Source: an uncultured Pseudomonadota bacterium
GTDB taxonomy: Bacteria > Pseudomonadota > Alphaproteobacteria > JACZXZ01
DNA length: 64,000 bases
Reading direction: 5' to 3'
Assembly: GCA_963749075.1 (NCBI GenBank)
Contig: CAVVLJ010000004.1
Location: 1 to 64,000, forward strand
The position numbers and the translations under genes were made by a program. Of this stretch, positions 33,540 to 43,051 are shown piece after piece; position 1 is the first letter of the stretch; every line of letters begins with the position of its first letter. The notes below the pieces were generated by a model, which saw nothing but the letters and a program-made list of their open reading frames with translations, made no database searches and had not been told where the DNA came from.

Positions 33540-34827
33540 GGCCCGCCTCGCGCAAGGCCGCGAGCGGCGAGAGCTCGGCCGCGAGGGCGGCGATCACGCC
33601 GTCGAGCACGCCGCGCCCGGCCTCGGCCACGCGCTTTGCCGCGGCTCCTCGGCGCGCCGCGAGTGCGGGGTCCGCGAGGAGCGCTGCCACGGCCTCGGCG
33701 AGCGTCACGGCGTCGGCCACCTCCTCGCTGCCGCCGGCGGCGTCGAGCTCGGCGGCGATGGCGCGGAAATTTTCCACGTGCGGGCCATGGATGAGGGCGC
33801 AGCCGAGGCGCGCCGGCTCGAGCAGGTTCTGGCCGCCGTGGGGGACGAGCGAGCCGCCCATGAAGACCACCCGCGAGAGGCGGAAGAAGAGGCCGAGCTC
33901 GCCCATGGTGTCGGCAAGGTAGATGTCGGTCGCCGCCGCCACCGCCTCCTTCTGCGAGCGCCGCGCCACGGCCAGGCCGCGGGAGGCGTAGGCCGCGCGC
34001 ATCTCCGGACCGCGCGCCGGATGGCGCGGCACCACGATCGTAAGGAGGGTGGGATGAAGCGCCTTGATGCGGCGGTGCGCCTCGGCAAGGGCTGCATCCT
34101 CGCCCGCGTGCGTGCTCGCCGCGAGCCAGCGCGGCCGCTGGCCGAGCGCCTTGGCGAGTGCGGCAAGCTCATGCGCATCGGCGGGCAGCGCCTCGGCGTC
34201 GTACTTGAGCGAGCCCGTCACCGTCACCTCCGAGGCGCCCAGGCTCGCGTAGCGCGCCGCATCCGCCTCGCTCTGCGCGAGCACCCGCCGGAAGCGGGCG
34301 AGGAGCGGGCGGATGACGGGCCCCCAGCGCCGCCAGCTCGCGAAGGAGCGCTCCGACATGCGCGCATTGACGAGCACCATGGGGATGCCAAGTGCTGCCG
34401 TCTCGTACACGAGGTTGGGCCACAGCTCCGACTCGATCCAGAGGGCGAGGTCGGGCCGCCAGTGGAGGAGGAAGCGGCGCACCCAGCGCAAGCGGTCGAG
34501 CGGCACGTATTGGTGGAAGGCGCGCTCCGGCAGGCGCTCCCCTAAGAGGCGGGCCGAGGTCACGGTGCCGCTCGTCGCCAGCACGCTCGCCTCCGGCAAG
34601 AGTGCCGTGAGCCGCCCGATGAGCGCCAGGGCCAACTGGGCCTCGCCCACGCTCGCGGCGTGCAGCCAGACGAGCGCGCCCGGCGGCCGCGCGCGCGAGG
34701 CGATGCCGCGCCGCTCGGCCAGGCGCGCGCCGTCCTCCTTGCCGCGCGCGCGGCGCAAGGCGAGGAGAGCCTCGAGCGCCGGTGCGGCGAGCTCCGTCGC
34801 GGTGCGATAGAGGCCGAGTGCCGTCAC
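33526..34827 (-). CDS. waaA: Kdo transferase
   Basis: WLHAASVGE, ESELWPN, ASTHAGE, VPRHP, DTMGEL, GGQNLLEPA. Confidence 0.97.
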   Translation of the reverse strand: MTALGLYRTATELAAPALEALLALRRARGKEDGARLAERRGIASRARPPGALVWLHAASVGEAQLALALIGRLTALLPEASVLATSGTVTSARLLGERLPERAFHQYVPLDRLRWVRRFLLHWRPDLALWIESELWPNLVYETAALGIPMVLVNARMSERSFASWRRWGPVIRPLLARFRRVLAQSEADAARYASLGASEVTVTGSLKYDAEALPADAHELAALAKALGQRPRWLAASTHAGEDAALAEAHRRIKALHPTLLTIVVPRHPARGPEMRAAYASRGLAVARRSQKEAVAAATDIYLADTMGELGLFFRLSRVVFMGGSLVPHGGQNLLEPARLGCALIHGPHVENFRAIAAELDAAGGSEEVADAVTLAEAVAALLADPALAARRGAAAKRVAEAGRGVLDGVIAALAAELSPLAALREAGRARA

Positions 34828-35562
34828 TCAGGCGCCCCTTGCCGTGGCCGGCACGCGGTGCACCTCTTCCGCCTCCGGCTCGACGGGCACCGCACCGCAG
34901 AAGAGGTCGGCCTCGCGGGTGAGCGCATTGAGGCGCTCCTCGACGAGACGCCTTGCCGCCTCGAGCGCCTGGGCGCCGGCCGTGGGCGCCACGCGGATCG
35001 GCTCGCCCCAGAGGAAGGTGCCGCGGCTGAACGGGAGTGCGAGCACGAAGCCGTCCCAGCTCGCGAGCACGCGGCGCCGGGCCACCGCATAGGTGCAGGG
35101 GAGGATGGCGACGCCGGCGAGCCGGGCGGCATTGACGAGCCCGGCGCTCGCGCGCATGCGGGGCCCGCGCGGCCCGTCGGGGGTGAAGCCCACGCACTCG
35201 CCCGCCTTGAGCGACTTCACGATGGCGCGCAGCGCCGCACGGCCGCCCTTGCTCGACGAGCCGGCCACCGTGGCGATGCCGAAATGGGTCACCGTCTCGG
35301 CGATGAGCCGGCCGTCGCTGTGGCTCGAGATCAGCATGTTGATGCGCACGCGGCGGTCCCAGCAATAGGGCATCATGAGGAGACGGCCGTGCCAGAAGGC
35401 GAGGATGAAGGGCTCGCCCTTGGCCCAGAGCTGCCGCGGCGCCTCGCCGCCGCGCACGCTCCAGCGGCTCGTCAAATGCACGAAACGGATGTAGAGCGCC
35501 ACGGCCCAGCAAACGATGCGCCGCACCCATGGCCTCCGTGCCGGCGCCTTGAGCAAGTTCAT
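34828..35562 (-). CDS. DUF374 lysophospholipid acyltransferase family protein
   Basis: FWHGRL, ISSHSDG, GSSSKGG, TPDGPRGP, SWDGF; lies in the lipid A operon. Confidence 0.88.
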   Translation of the reverse strand: MNLLKAPARRPWVRRIVCWAVALYIRFVHLTSRWSVRGGEAPRQLWAKGEPFILAFWHGRLLMMPYCWDRRVRINMLISSHSDGRLIAETVTHFGIATVAGSSSKGGRAALRAIVKSLKAGECVGFTPDGPRGPRMRASAGLVNAARLAGVAILPCTYAVARRRVLASWDGFVLALPFSRGTFLWGEPIRVAPTAGAQALEAARRLVEERLNALTREADLFCGAVPVEPEAEEVHRVPATARGA

Positions 35563-35567
35563 GGCGC

Positions 35568-37394
35568 TCAGGCCCGCGCCCGCGCTCCGCGCTGGCTGAG
35601 ATCCGGGAGTGCCGACACCTCGCCCTCCTCCGCCATCTGCAGGACCCAGAGCCGCGCATAGAGGCCTTTGGCGGCGATGAGCTCGCCGTGGCTGCCGCGC
35701 TCGAGCACGCGGCCGTCCTCGATGACATAGATGAGGTCGGCATCCGCCACGGTCGAGAGGCGGTGCGCCACCACGAGGGTGGTGCGGCCGCGCATGAGCT
35801 CGGCTAATGCTGCCTGCACTTGGCGCTCGCTCTCGCTGTCGAGGGCCGAGGTCGCCTCGTCGAGGAGGAGGATCGGCGCCCCCTTGAGCATGGCGCGCGC
35901 GATGGCGATGCGCTGGCGCTGGCCGCCCGAGAGCCGCACGCCGAGCCCGCCGACCCGCGTGTCGTAGCCCTGCGGCAGCCGCTCGACGAAGTCGTGAGCA
36001 CCCGCCATGGCGGCGGCGCGGGCGATCTCGGCGCGCGTGGCCTCGGGCCGGCCGTAGGCGATGTTGGCGGCGACCGTGTCGTCGAAGAGGCTGATCTCCT
36101 GGGAGACCAGGCCGATGGCCGCGCGCAGCGAGGCGAGCGTCGCCTGGCGCACGTCGATGCCGTCGATCGTCACGCGGCCCGCGTCTACGTCGTAGAAGCG
36201 CGGAATGAGGTTGACGATGGTCGATTTGCCCGCACCCGAGGGGCCGACGAGCGCCACCGTCTTGCCCGCCGGCAGCTCGAGCGTCACGTCGTGGAGTGCG
36301 GACTTGCCCGGCCCGTAGGCGAAGCGCACGCCCTCGAGCCGGACGGCACCTCCGCGCACCGCGAGCGCGGTCGCGTTCGGCCGGTCGACGATCGCGGGTG
36401 CGGCGTCGAGCACGGCGAAGATGCGCTGCGCCGCGGCGAGGCCCTCCTGCAGGCTGGTGTTGAGATTGGCGAGCCGCTTCATCGGCTCGTAGGCGAGGAG
36501 GAGGGCGGTCACGAAGGAGAAGAAGGTGCCCGGCGTGCGCACGCCGTGGATGACCTCGTAGCCGCCGTAGAAGATGACGGCGACGATGGCGAGCCCGCCG
36601 AGGGTCTCCATCACCGGCGAGGAGGCAGCACGGGTGCGCGCCGCCTTCTGCGCCAGACGGAAGAGGTTCTCGATGATGGTGCGGGCGCGGCCGGCCTCGT
36701 AGCGCTCCATGCCGTAGGCCTTGACGTGGCGCGCTCCCTGGAAGGTCTCCTCGAGGAGGGTCATGAACTGGCCCATCTCGGCCTGGGTGCTGGCCGAGAC
36801 GCGGCGCATGCGCCGGCCGAGCCGCGCGATCGGCAGGATCGCGGTCGGGAAGGCGAAGAAGGAGACCAGCGCCAAGACCCAGTCCTGGTAGAACATCACG
36901 GCCACGAGGGCTATGAGGGTGAGGCTGTCCTTGCCGATGCCGGTGAGCGCGTCGGAGACGGCGCCGCGCAGCATGTTGGCGTCGTTGGTGAAGCGCGAGA
37001 CGAGCGTGCCGGTCGGGTTGGCGTGGAAGAAGGCGAGGTCGGCGCCGATCACGTGGTCGAAGAGGCGGCGCTGCACGTCGGCGATGATGCGCATGCCGAC
37101 GTAGTTCATGGTGACCGCCTGGCCGTAGACCGCGAGCCCCTTCACGACGAAGACCGCGAGCACGACGAGGGCGATCTCGCTGAGCCGCTCGGGGTGGCCG
37201 TTGCGGAAGACGTCGTCGAGGATGGGCTCCATGAGCTTGGCGAGGAGCCCCGTGGCACCGGCGGCGAGCGCCATGCAGAGAAGTGCAAAGGCAAGGCGCG
37301 GCACCAGCGGCCGGATCTGGTCGCGCGCCAGGCGGCGCACGAGGGCGAGTGTCGTCGCGTCGAGTGCTACCCTCGCCTTGCTCTTTCTCGACAA
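35568..37394 (-). CDS. msbA: lipid A export ABC transporter (MsbA-like)
   Basis: TMD plus NBD (GPSGAGKST, LSGGQRQR, LDEATSALD); first gene of the lipid A cluster; TTG start assumed. Confidence 0.88.
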   Translation of the reverse strand: MSRKSKARVALDATTLALVRRLARDQIRPLVPRLAFALLCMALAAGATGLLAKLMEPILDDVFRNGHPERLSEIALVVLAVFVVKGLAVYGQAVTMNYVGMRIIADVQRRLFDHVIGADLAFFHANPTGTLVSRFTNDANMLRGAVSDALTGIGKDSLTLIALVAVMFYQDWVLALVSFFAFPTAILPIARLGRRMRRVSASTQAEMGQFMTLLEETFQGARHVKAYGMERYEAGRARTIIENLFRLAQKAARTRAASSPVMETLGGLAIVAVIFYGGYEVIHGVRTPGTFFSFVTALLLAYEPMKRLANLNTSLQEGLAAAQRIFAVLDAAPAIVDRPNATALAVRGGAVRLEGVRFAYGPGKSALHDVTLELPAGKTVALVGPSGAGKSTIVNLIPRFYDVDAGRVTIDGIDVRQATLASLRAAIGLVSQEISLFDDTVAANIAYGRPEATRAEIARAAAMAGAHDFVERLPQGYDTRVGGLGVRLSGGQRQRIAIARAMLKGAPILLLDEATSALDSESERQVQAALAELMRGRTTLVVAHRLSTVADADLIYVIEDGRVLERGSHGELIAAKGLYARLWVLQMAEEGEVSALPDLSQRGARARA

Positions 37395-38037
37395 GCGCTC
37401 GCAACCCCTCTCGACGCGGTGCCGGATGCTCGAGCCCCGGCCATCCGTTGGATGATATACGCGGAACGCCCCCGGACCCGCACGCCGCCGCCGGCGGAGA
37501 CCATGCGGCCACCGCCTCTCGCCGTTCCGAGAGACGTCCGGCCGCGGCGGCGAAGCCACCATACCATGCGCCGCCGCCTGCGGCCAACCGCTTGATGTCA
37601 GGCGGGTTTTCCGGCGGGACCCGGCGCCGGCGGCGGGCCGTGGCGGGCGCGTCCGGCGCCGTGATGATCAACAGCGGGCTCGTGCTCGATCGACTATGAA
37701 CCGTTGCGCAGCAGGCCGCAGCCGCGTGGCACCCCTAGCCGCTCGATGCAACACGGGAGGCGATCGGCTCGTGCATAGTCGTAAATCATTGCGCAATCCT
37801 GCGCCGGAGTTCTGCAAAAAATGCCCTTTGATCCTAGGCGCACAGTGCTGGTGCGTTGTTGTTAACTTGTGCGCCAAGCATCGGTTGAGAGTGGGATACG
37901 CCACGGCCCTTCCAAAAAGGTGGATCTTAGAGCAAACTTCGGGAAACCCCGCTGCGGTAGCCGCGTTTCGGCGGCCGCGGTCAAGGTCTATTCGATCGTG
38001 CACCTATGTCAGTGCCGCGATCCAGAGGCGAGCTACG

Positions 38038-38307
38038 GTGAGCGCGTCGAACAGCGATGCCGAGGAAGGCGTCTTGCTCTCTGCGGACCTGCTCGGGCTG
38101 CTCCAGCAGAACGGCGTCCGAATTGATGACGTGCTCGCCCGCGGTGGCGCTGGCGAACTCTCGCGCTCGTCGGACCCGGCCGTTCCGAGCGGCGCGCGAG
38201 GCGACTTGACCGTGCATGTCGGCGCCGTCGTGGCTGCGAAGGGGTCGGTCATCGGGGAAATCCCGGATTTGATGTCAGGATCGCGAAGCGGCGCAGCACG
38301 TCTATGA
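38038..38307 (+). CDS. hypothetical protein (89 aa), first gene of an accessory cassette
   Basis: GTG start; stop overlaps the next start (ATGA). Confidence 0.5.
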   Translation: MSASNSDAEEGVLLSADLLGLLQQNGVRIDDVLARGGAGELSRSSDPAVPSGARGDLTVHVGAVVAAKGSVIGEIPDLMSGSRSGAARL

Positions 38308-38906
38308 AGCGATCTGCAATCGTCATGGCTTCGGCAGTGCTCGCGCTCTGTCTCGGCGGCAATGGAACGGTTGCAGGAGACAAGCCCAATGACGCGCAAA
38401 GCAAACCGCCAAAGGAGATTGATTACGCTGTCGAATCGTCGATTGGCGTCGCGCATCTGACCGTCCGGCCTGCGACGGCAAGCGTGCTGTTTTGGATCGA
38501 CGATACCCCCGGCAAAGTGGTTCCTATCGCCATACAAGCTACATTGGCGGGTTCTCTCCTGGGCAAGTTTGTTAGCGAGCATGGCACTCCTGCGCGTTTG
38601 TTCGTCGTATTCAAGGACACGGCCGAATTGTTCAAACGGCTCGGCGAAGCCGCTCTCGAGGCGGCCGAATGGAACGCGATGACCGGCCAACCGAGAAACC
38701 GCACTGTGAGCAGATTCGTTGTTGACGAGATCAACGCCGAGCATCTTACCCGCGAGCTCGATGACAGCTTCGCCTCTGCCGGATATGAGCTGAAAGCGGA
38801 GAGCGCGGAGGAGATTATCGTAGGATCGCTTCGCGGTGGCAACGCCACCGCAGTTCCGATATCCGGCGTCGTCGGGTTTATTGCAACAAGGGTAGCGCCG
38901 CAATGA
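38304..38906 (+). CDS. secreted hypothetical protein, candidate amidase immunity protein
   Basis: Sec signal MKRSAIVMASAVLALCLGG; ATGA overlap with the Tae4-like gene. Confidence 0.75.
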   Translation: MKRSAIVMASAVLALCLGGNGTVAGDKPNDAQSKPPKEIDYAVESSIGVAHLTVRPATASVLFWIDDTPGKVVPIAIQATLAGSLLGKFVSEHGTPARLFVVFKDTAELFKRLGEAALEAAEWNAMTGQPRNRTVSRFVVDEINAEHLTRELDDSFASAGYELKAESAEEIIVGSLRGGNATAVPISGVVGFIATRVAPQ

Positions 38907-39421
38907 CAACCTGCATGCCGTGCTTTGAGGATCTCATGGACAATTACCCAGATGATCCTTCCGCGGACGCGGTGAAACTGCTGATCGGCGGGGCTGTCAA
39001 CTCCTCTTGGATCACAAATACATGCGCCATCCGGCTCTCCCGCGCATTCAACATGACGGGAGTAAAGTTAAGGAAGCACGACAGTCCCTTTATGCACACG
39101 GTGTTGGGCGCCGATGGGAACGAATATGCATATAGGGTCCGCGAAATGCGGCCTTGGATTTTAGCGAAATTCGGCCCCCCTACGATCGATCTCAGGGGCG
39201 GCGCCGTTCGGTCGAAATTCTCGAGCCTCGTCGGTGTCATCGCATTCGACATCCACTTCCACGATGCGACCGGACACCTCGACCTGTGGGACGGCAGTCA
39301 TTACGTGCATGAGAACGCAGACAACCGCGATTACTTTGTGATGGCGACCAGAACAATGGTTTGGGTTGCTCCACAGAGAGGCGACTATCCTGCCGTCGGC
39401 GGATCCAGCCGTTACGGCTGA
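38903..39421 (+). CDS. Tae4-family (NlpC/P60-like) peptidoglycan amidase effector
   Basis: NTCAIRLSRAFN (catalytic Cys), YRVREM, GVIAF, DATGHLDLWDG (His). Confidence 0.85.
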   Translation: MTTCMPCFEDLMDNYPDDPSADAVKLLIGGAVNSSWITNTCAIRLSRAFNMTGVKLRKHDSPFMHTVLGADGNEYAYRVREMRPWILAKFGPPTIDLRGGAVRSKFSSLVGVIAFDIHFHDATGHLDLWDGSHYVHENADNRDYFVMATRTMVWVAPQRGDYPAVGGSSRYG

Positions 39422-39645
39422 ACGGCATGCTATTCATGGTTCGATCCGGGCCATCGTGCGGTTAATTCGAGGCCGGCGCGGTGGTTCAGGTCGATCTTCA
39501 ACGGCTCGACCATACGCTTTATTCTGCGCCTGAGGGTGCTCCAATTTTTGCCACTGTGCGGATGCTGGTTTACTTGCCATGCGGGACTCCTACAATAATT
39601 TCGGGCGTAGGTGCGCGGGCTACCCATTTCCCATTCTGCTGCCAC

Positions 39646-39687
39646 AGACGCGCGCTCAGCCTTGGCGAGGAAGTCCGCGGCGCTCAC
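39646..39687 (-). pseudogene. HEPN-domain gene remnant (about 14 codons)
   Basis: MSAADFLAKAERA start overlaps the MNT stop (GTGA); the sequence then diverges at the island boundary. Confidence 0.55.
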
Positions 39688-40058
39688 GGCGTGATGCCGT
39701 CGCGGACGATTTCCTTCGTGAGTTCCGGGTTTGCGGAGACTTCGGGGTTGCGCAGGGCGTCTTCGTCGACGGGCCACGGCTCCACATAGAGTCCGGTTTC
39801 GAGAAGGATGTCGTAAGTATCCTCGGCAATCGCGCGTTGCAGCCACCAGCGATTGCCGATCGGCCCGCGCATGACAACCGCCTCGTCGGCGTCGCCGTCG
39901 GGCTCGTTGTCGCCGCGTGCCCTGCTGCCGAAGAGGATCAGCTTGAGGTACTTGCCGCCGAACCTTGCCGTAAGACGGCGGTCAAGCTCGTGCAAAGCCG
40001 AGCGGACGACTTGGCCGTCGATCTTTCCCCACGCCAGTCTTTCATCGACGTTGACCAT
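39684..40058 (-). CDS. minimal nucleotidyltransferase (MNT/MntA-like)
   Basis: LILFGSRARGDNEPDGDADEAVV (GSxxxG...DxD). Confidence 0.85.
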   Translation of the reverse strand: MVNVDERLAWGKIDGQVVRSALHELDRRLTARFGGKYLKLILFGSRARGDNEPDGDADEAVVMRGPIGNRWWLQRAIAEDTYDILLETGLYVEPWPVDEDALRNPEVSANPELTKEIVRDGITP

Positions 40059-40122
40059 TATGGCCGCCCTTTTACCACCTGCCGAGGCATGCGTCACGCG
40101 CGCTGCAAGCGCACTCCCACGC

Positions 40123-41166
40123 TCAACCGTGCGCCACAGCACCCGCGAGCGCCGCCGCCGGCCGGTCGAGCGGCCGGAGATTGTCGAGGAACTGCTCGGC
40201 GCAGGCCTCCCAGGAGAAGCGCTGGGCGTAGGCGACGCAGGTGCTTCTCGGGATGGCGAGCGCCTTGAGGCAGGCGGCCGCGAGATCCTCGTCGAGGGCG
40301 CCGGTGCCGGTGCTGCCGATCACGTCGAGCGGGCCCGCGACGGGATAGGCGGCGACCGGCAGGCCGGAGGCGAGCGCCTCGAGGAGCACGAGCCCGAAGG
40401 TGTCGGTGCGGCTCGGGAAGACGAAGACGTCGCTTGCGGCGTAGTGGCGCGCGAGCTCCTCGCCCGCTTTCGCGCCGACGTAGAGGGCGCCCGGGTATTT
40501 GCGCCGGAGCTCGAGGAGGCTCGGCCCGTCGCCCACCACGAGCTTGCTGCCGGGGAGCTCGAGCTCGAGGAAGGCGGCGACGTTCTTCTCGACGGCGACG
40601 CGGCCGACGTAGAGCCAGATCGGGCGCGCGAGGTGGTCGAGGAAGCGGCACTCGCGCGGGCGGAAGAGGGCGGTGTCGACGCCGCGCGTCCACGGGAGGA
40701 TGTTGCGGAAGCCGCGCGCCTCGAGCTCGCGGCGCACGGTGGGGGTCGCCACCATGGTGCCCGCGCCGGCATTGTGGAAGCGCCTGAGCCAGGCATAGAC
40801 GAAGCGGGTCGGCACGAGGAAGCGCGCGTTCACGTATTCGGGAAAGCGCGTGTGGTACGAGGTGGTGAAGCTCAAGCCGCGCGCGAGGCAGAGGCGGCGT
40901 GCTGCGATGCCGAGCGGGCCCTCGGTCGCGATGTGGATGGCGCCGTGGCCGAGCTCCTCGAGCGCCCTAGCAACCCGACGTGCCGGGAACATGCTGAGAC
41001 GGATCTCGGGGTAGGTCGGGCAGGGCAGCGTGCGGAAGCCCTGGGGCGTTAAGAGCGCCACCTCGTGGCCGCGGCGCCCGAGGATCGCGGCGATGGTCTC
41101 GATCGTGCGCACCACCCCGTTCACCTGGGGGTACCAGGCGTCGGTCACCAGGAGGACCCGCATCAT
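40123..41166 (-). CDS. GT4 glycosyltransferase, Agt-like glycolipid synthase
   Basis: VTDAWYPQVNGVVRT, CPTYPEIRL, IATEGPLG, YHTRFPEY, TDTFGLVLLEALASG; coupled to the plcP-like gene. Confidence 0.9.
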   Translation of the reverse strand: MMRVLLVTDAWYPQVNGVVRTIETIAAILGRRGHEVALLTPQGFRTLPCPTYPEIRLSMFPARRVARALEELGHGAIHIATEGPLGIAARRLCLARGLSFTTSYHTRFPEYVNARFLVPTRFVYAWLRRFHNAGAGTMVATPTVRRELEARGFRNILPWTRGVDTALFRPRECRFLDHLARPIWLYVGRVAVEKNVAAFLELELPGSKLVVGDGPSLLELRRKYPGALYVGAKAGEELARHYAASDVFVFPSRTDTFGLVLLEALASGLPVAAYPVAGPLDVIGSTGTGALDEDLAAACLKALAIPRSTCVAYAQRFSWEACAEQFLDNLRPLDRPAAALAGAVAHG

Positions 41167-41936
41167 TCCGCCGCCTGGGAAAGGGCGAGCTGACGCGCCT
41201 CGGTCCAATGCAGGATCTCGAGCTTGCCCGAGGGGTGCTCGACCAGGGCCGTGCAGCTCTCGACCCAGTCGCCGTCGTTGCAATAGAGGATGCCGTCGAT
41301 CATGCGCATCTCGGCCTTGTGGATGTGGCCGCAGATGACGCCGTCGGCACCCCGCTTGCGCGCCTCGGCGGCCACCGCCTCCTCGTAGTCGGAGACGTAC
41401 TCGACCGCGTTCTTGACCTTGTTCTTGAGATAGGCGGAGAGCGACCAGTAGGGATAGCCGAGGCGCCGGCGCGCCAGGTTGACCCAGTGATTGAGCGAGA
41501 GGCAGAGGGTATAGGCCCAGTCGCCGAGGAGCGCCAGCCAGCGCGCGTATTTGACGACGCCGTCGAACTTGTCGCCGTGCAGCACGAGGAGCTTCTTGCC
41601 GTCCGCCGTCTCGTGCATGTGCTCATCGAGCACGGTGATGCCGCCCAAGACCACGCCGGCATAGTCGCGCAGCGCCTCGTCGTGGTTGCCGGGGACGTAG
41701 ATCACGCGCGTGCCCTTGCGCGCCTTGCGCAGCACCTTCTGGATCACGTCGTTGTGCGCCTGCGCCCAGAACCAGGAGCGCTTGAGGCGCCAGCCGTCGA
41801 CGATGTCGCCCACGAGATAGAGATACGTGGACTCGTTGTGCTTGAGGAAATCGAGGAGATACTCGGCCTTGCAGCCCCGCGTGCCGAGATGGATATCCGA
41901 TATCCAGATGGTCCGGTAGCGATTCACTCCGCTCAT
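41163..41936 (-). CDS. plcP: PlcP-like phospholipase C (often annotated UDP-2,3-diacylglucosamine hydrolase/LpxH2)
   Basis: ISDIHLG, LVGDIVDGW, HNDVIQKVLRKARKG, PGNHDE, CGHIH, NDGDWVES. Confidence 0.85.
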   Translation of the reverse strand: MSGVNRYRTIWISDIHLGTRGCKAEYLLDFLKHNESTYLYLVGDIVDGWRLKRSWFWAQAHNDVIQKVLRKARKGTRVIYVPGNHDEALRDYAGVVLGGITVLDEHMHETADGKKLLVLHGDKFDGVVKYARWLALLGDWAYTLCLSLNHWVNLARRRLGYPYWSLSAYLKNKVKNAVEYVSDYEEAVAAEARKRGADGVICGHIHKAEMRMIDGILYCNDGDWVESCTALVEHPSGKLEILHWTEARQLALSQAAE

Positions 41937-42040
41937 CCGTGCGCCAAGTTGGCCAACGACCGATCAACTCCGGGCGCGGCAAGAATTACATCAACATCTT
42001 GGGAAGAGCAAGTAATTTTCCACAAATTCTATGACATTTT

Positions 42041-42069
42041 CTGTAATAACTCCGCAATAAAATTGTAAC
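42041..42069 (+). promoter_or_regulatory. Pho box (three 7-bp units at 11-bp period)
   Basis: CTGTAAT-AACT-CCGCAAT-AAAA-TTGTAAC against PhoB consensus CTGTCAT-N4(AT-rich); in the AT-rich divergent intergenic region. Confidence 0.7.
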
Positions 42070-42125
42070 TTCACAAGAGCCGCCGGAAGGCTTTATTACA
42101 TGTAAGACAGAATTTTTGCCGAATC

Positions 42126-43040
42126 TTGACGAGGCTCCCCCTGTCCCCTCCCGCCGCTCCCGAGTCGCCCCGGCGACTCTACGTCATCTACAACCCCGCC
42201 GCGGGCTGGTGCCGGCGGCAGCGCTATGCGCGCGTGCTGGCACACCTGAAGCGCCTCGGCTGCCGGCTCGCGATCCGCGAGACGGCGGCGCGGGGCGATG
42301 CCGAGGCCCTTGCGCGCGCCGCCGATCCGGCGTCTTGCGACCTCGTGGTGGCGGCCGGCGGCGACGGCACCATCAACGAGGTGATCAACGGGCTCAGGGA
42401 GAGCGCCCTTCCGCTCGCCATCCTGCCGCTCGGCACGGCCAACGTGCTCGCCGCCGAGATCGGGCTCGCGGGCGGCGCCCGCGCCATCGCCGAGACGATC
42501 GCGCGGGGTGCGGTGCGCCCGGTCTTCCTCGGCAGCGCCAACGGCCGGCGCTTCGCCCTCATGGTCGGCGTCGGCTTCGACGCGCGCGTCGTCGAGGGGC
42601 TCGATTTGCGCCTCAAGAAGGCGCTCGGCAGGCTGGCCTATGCGCTCGCGGCCTTGGGCCGGCTCTGCCGCTATCGCGCCGAGCGCTACCAGGTGGAGAT
42701 CGACGGCCAGCCCTTCACCGCCGCCGCCCTCGTCATCGCCAAGGGTCATTATTACGGCGGCCGTTTCGTGGTGGCGGCCGAAGCACGGCTCGACGAGCCG
42801 CGCCTCCACGTCGCCCTCTTCGAGCGCACGGGGCGCTGGAACCTCTTGCGCTACGCCTGGGCGCTCCTCGCCGGCCGCGTCGATCGCCTGGCGGACGTGC
42901 GCATCCTGCCTGCGCACTCGGTCGCGGTCAGCGGGCGCGCCGGCGAGGCGGTGCAGGCCGACGGCGACCTCGTGGCGGCACTCCCGCTCGCGGTCACGCT
43001 CGCCGACGCACCGCTCGCCCTCGTGACTTCGGGCCGATAG
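42126..43040 (+). CDS. diacylglycerol/lipid kinase family protein (YegS/BmrU-like)
   Basis: NPAAG, GGDGTINEVING, PLGTANVLA, GVGFDA, QADGD. Confidence 0.92.
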   Translation: MTRLPLSPPAAPESPRRLYVIYNPAAGWCRRQRYARVLAHLKRLGCRLAIRETAARGDAEALARAADPASCDLVVAAGGDGTINEVINGLRESALPLAILPLGTANVLAAEIGLAGGARAIAETIARGAVRPVFLGSANGRRFALMVGVGFDARVVEGLDLRLKKALGRLAYALAALGRLCRYRAERYQVEIDGQPFTAAALVIAKGHYYGGRFVVAAEARLDEPRLHVALFERTGRWNLLRYAWALLAGRVDRLADVRILPAHSVAVSGRAGEAVQADGDLVAALPLAVTLADAPLALVTSGR

Positions 43041-43051
43041 AGAAAGATAGA

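Noticed and set aside
34828-37671. 947-aa ORF as a fusion protein
   Set aside because: Only the last 244 aa (DUF374) are real; the rest is an off-frame reading over msbA.
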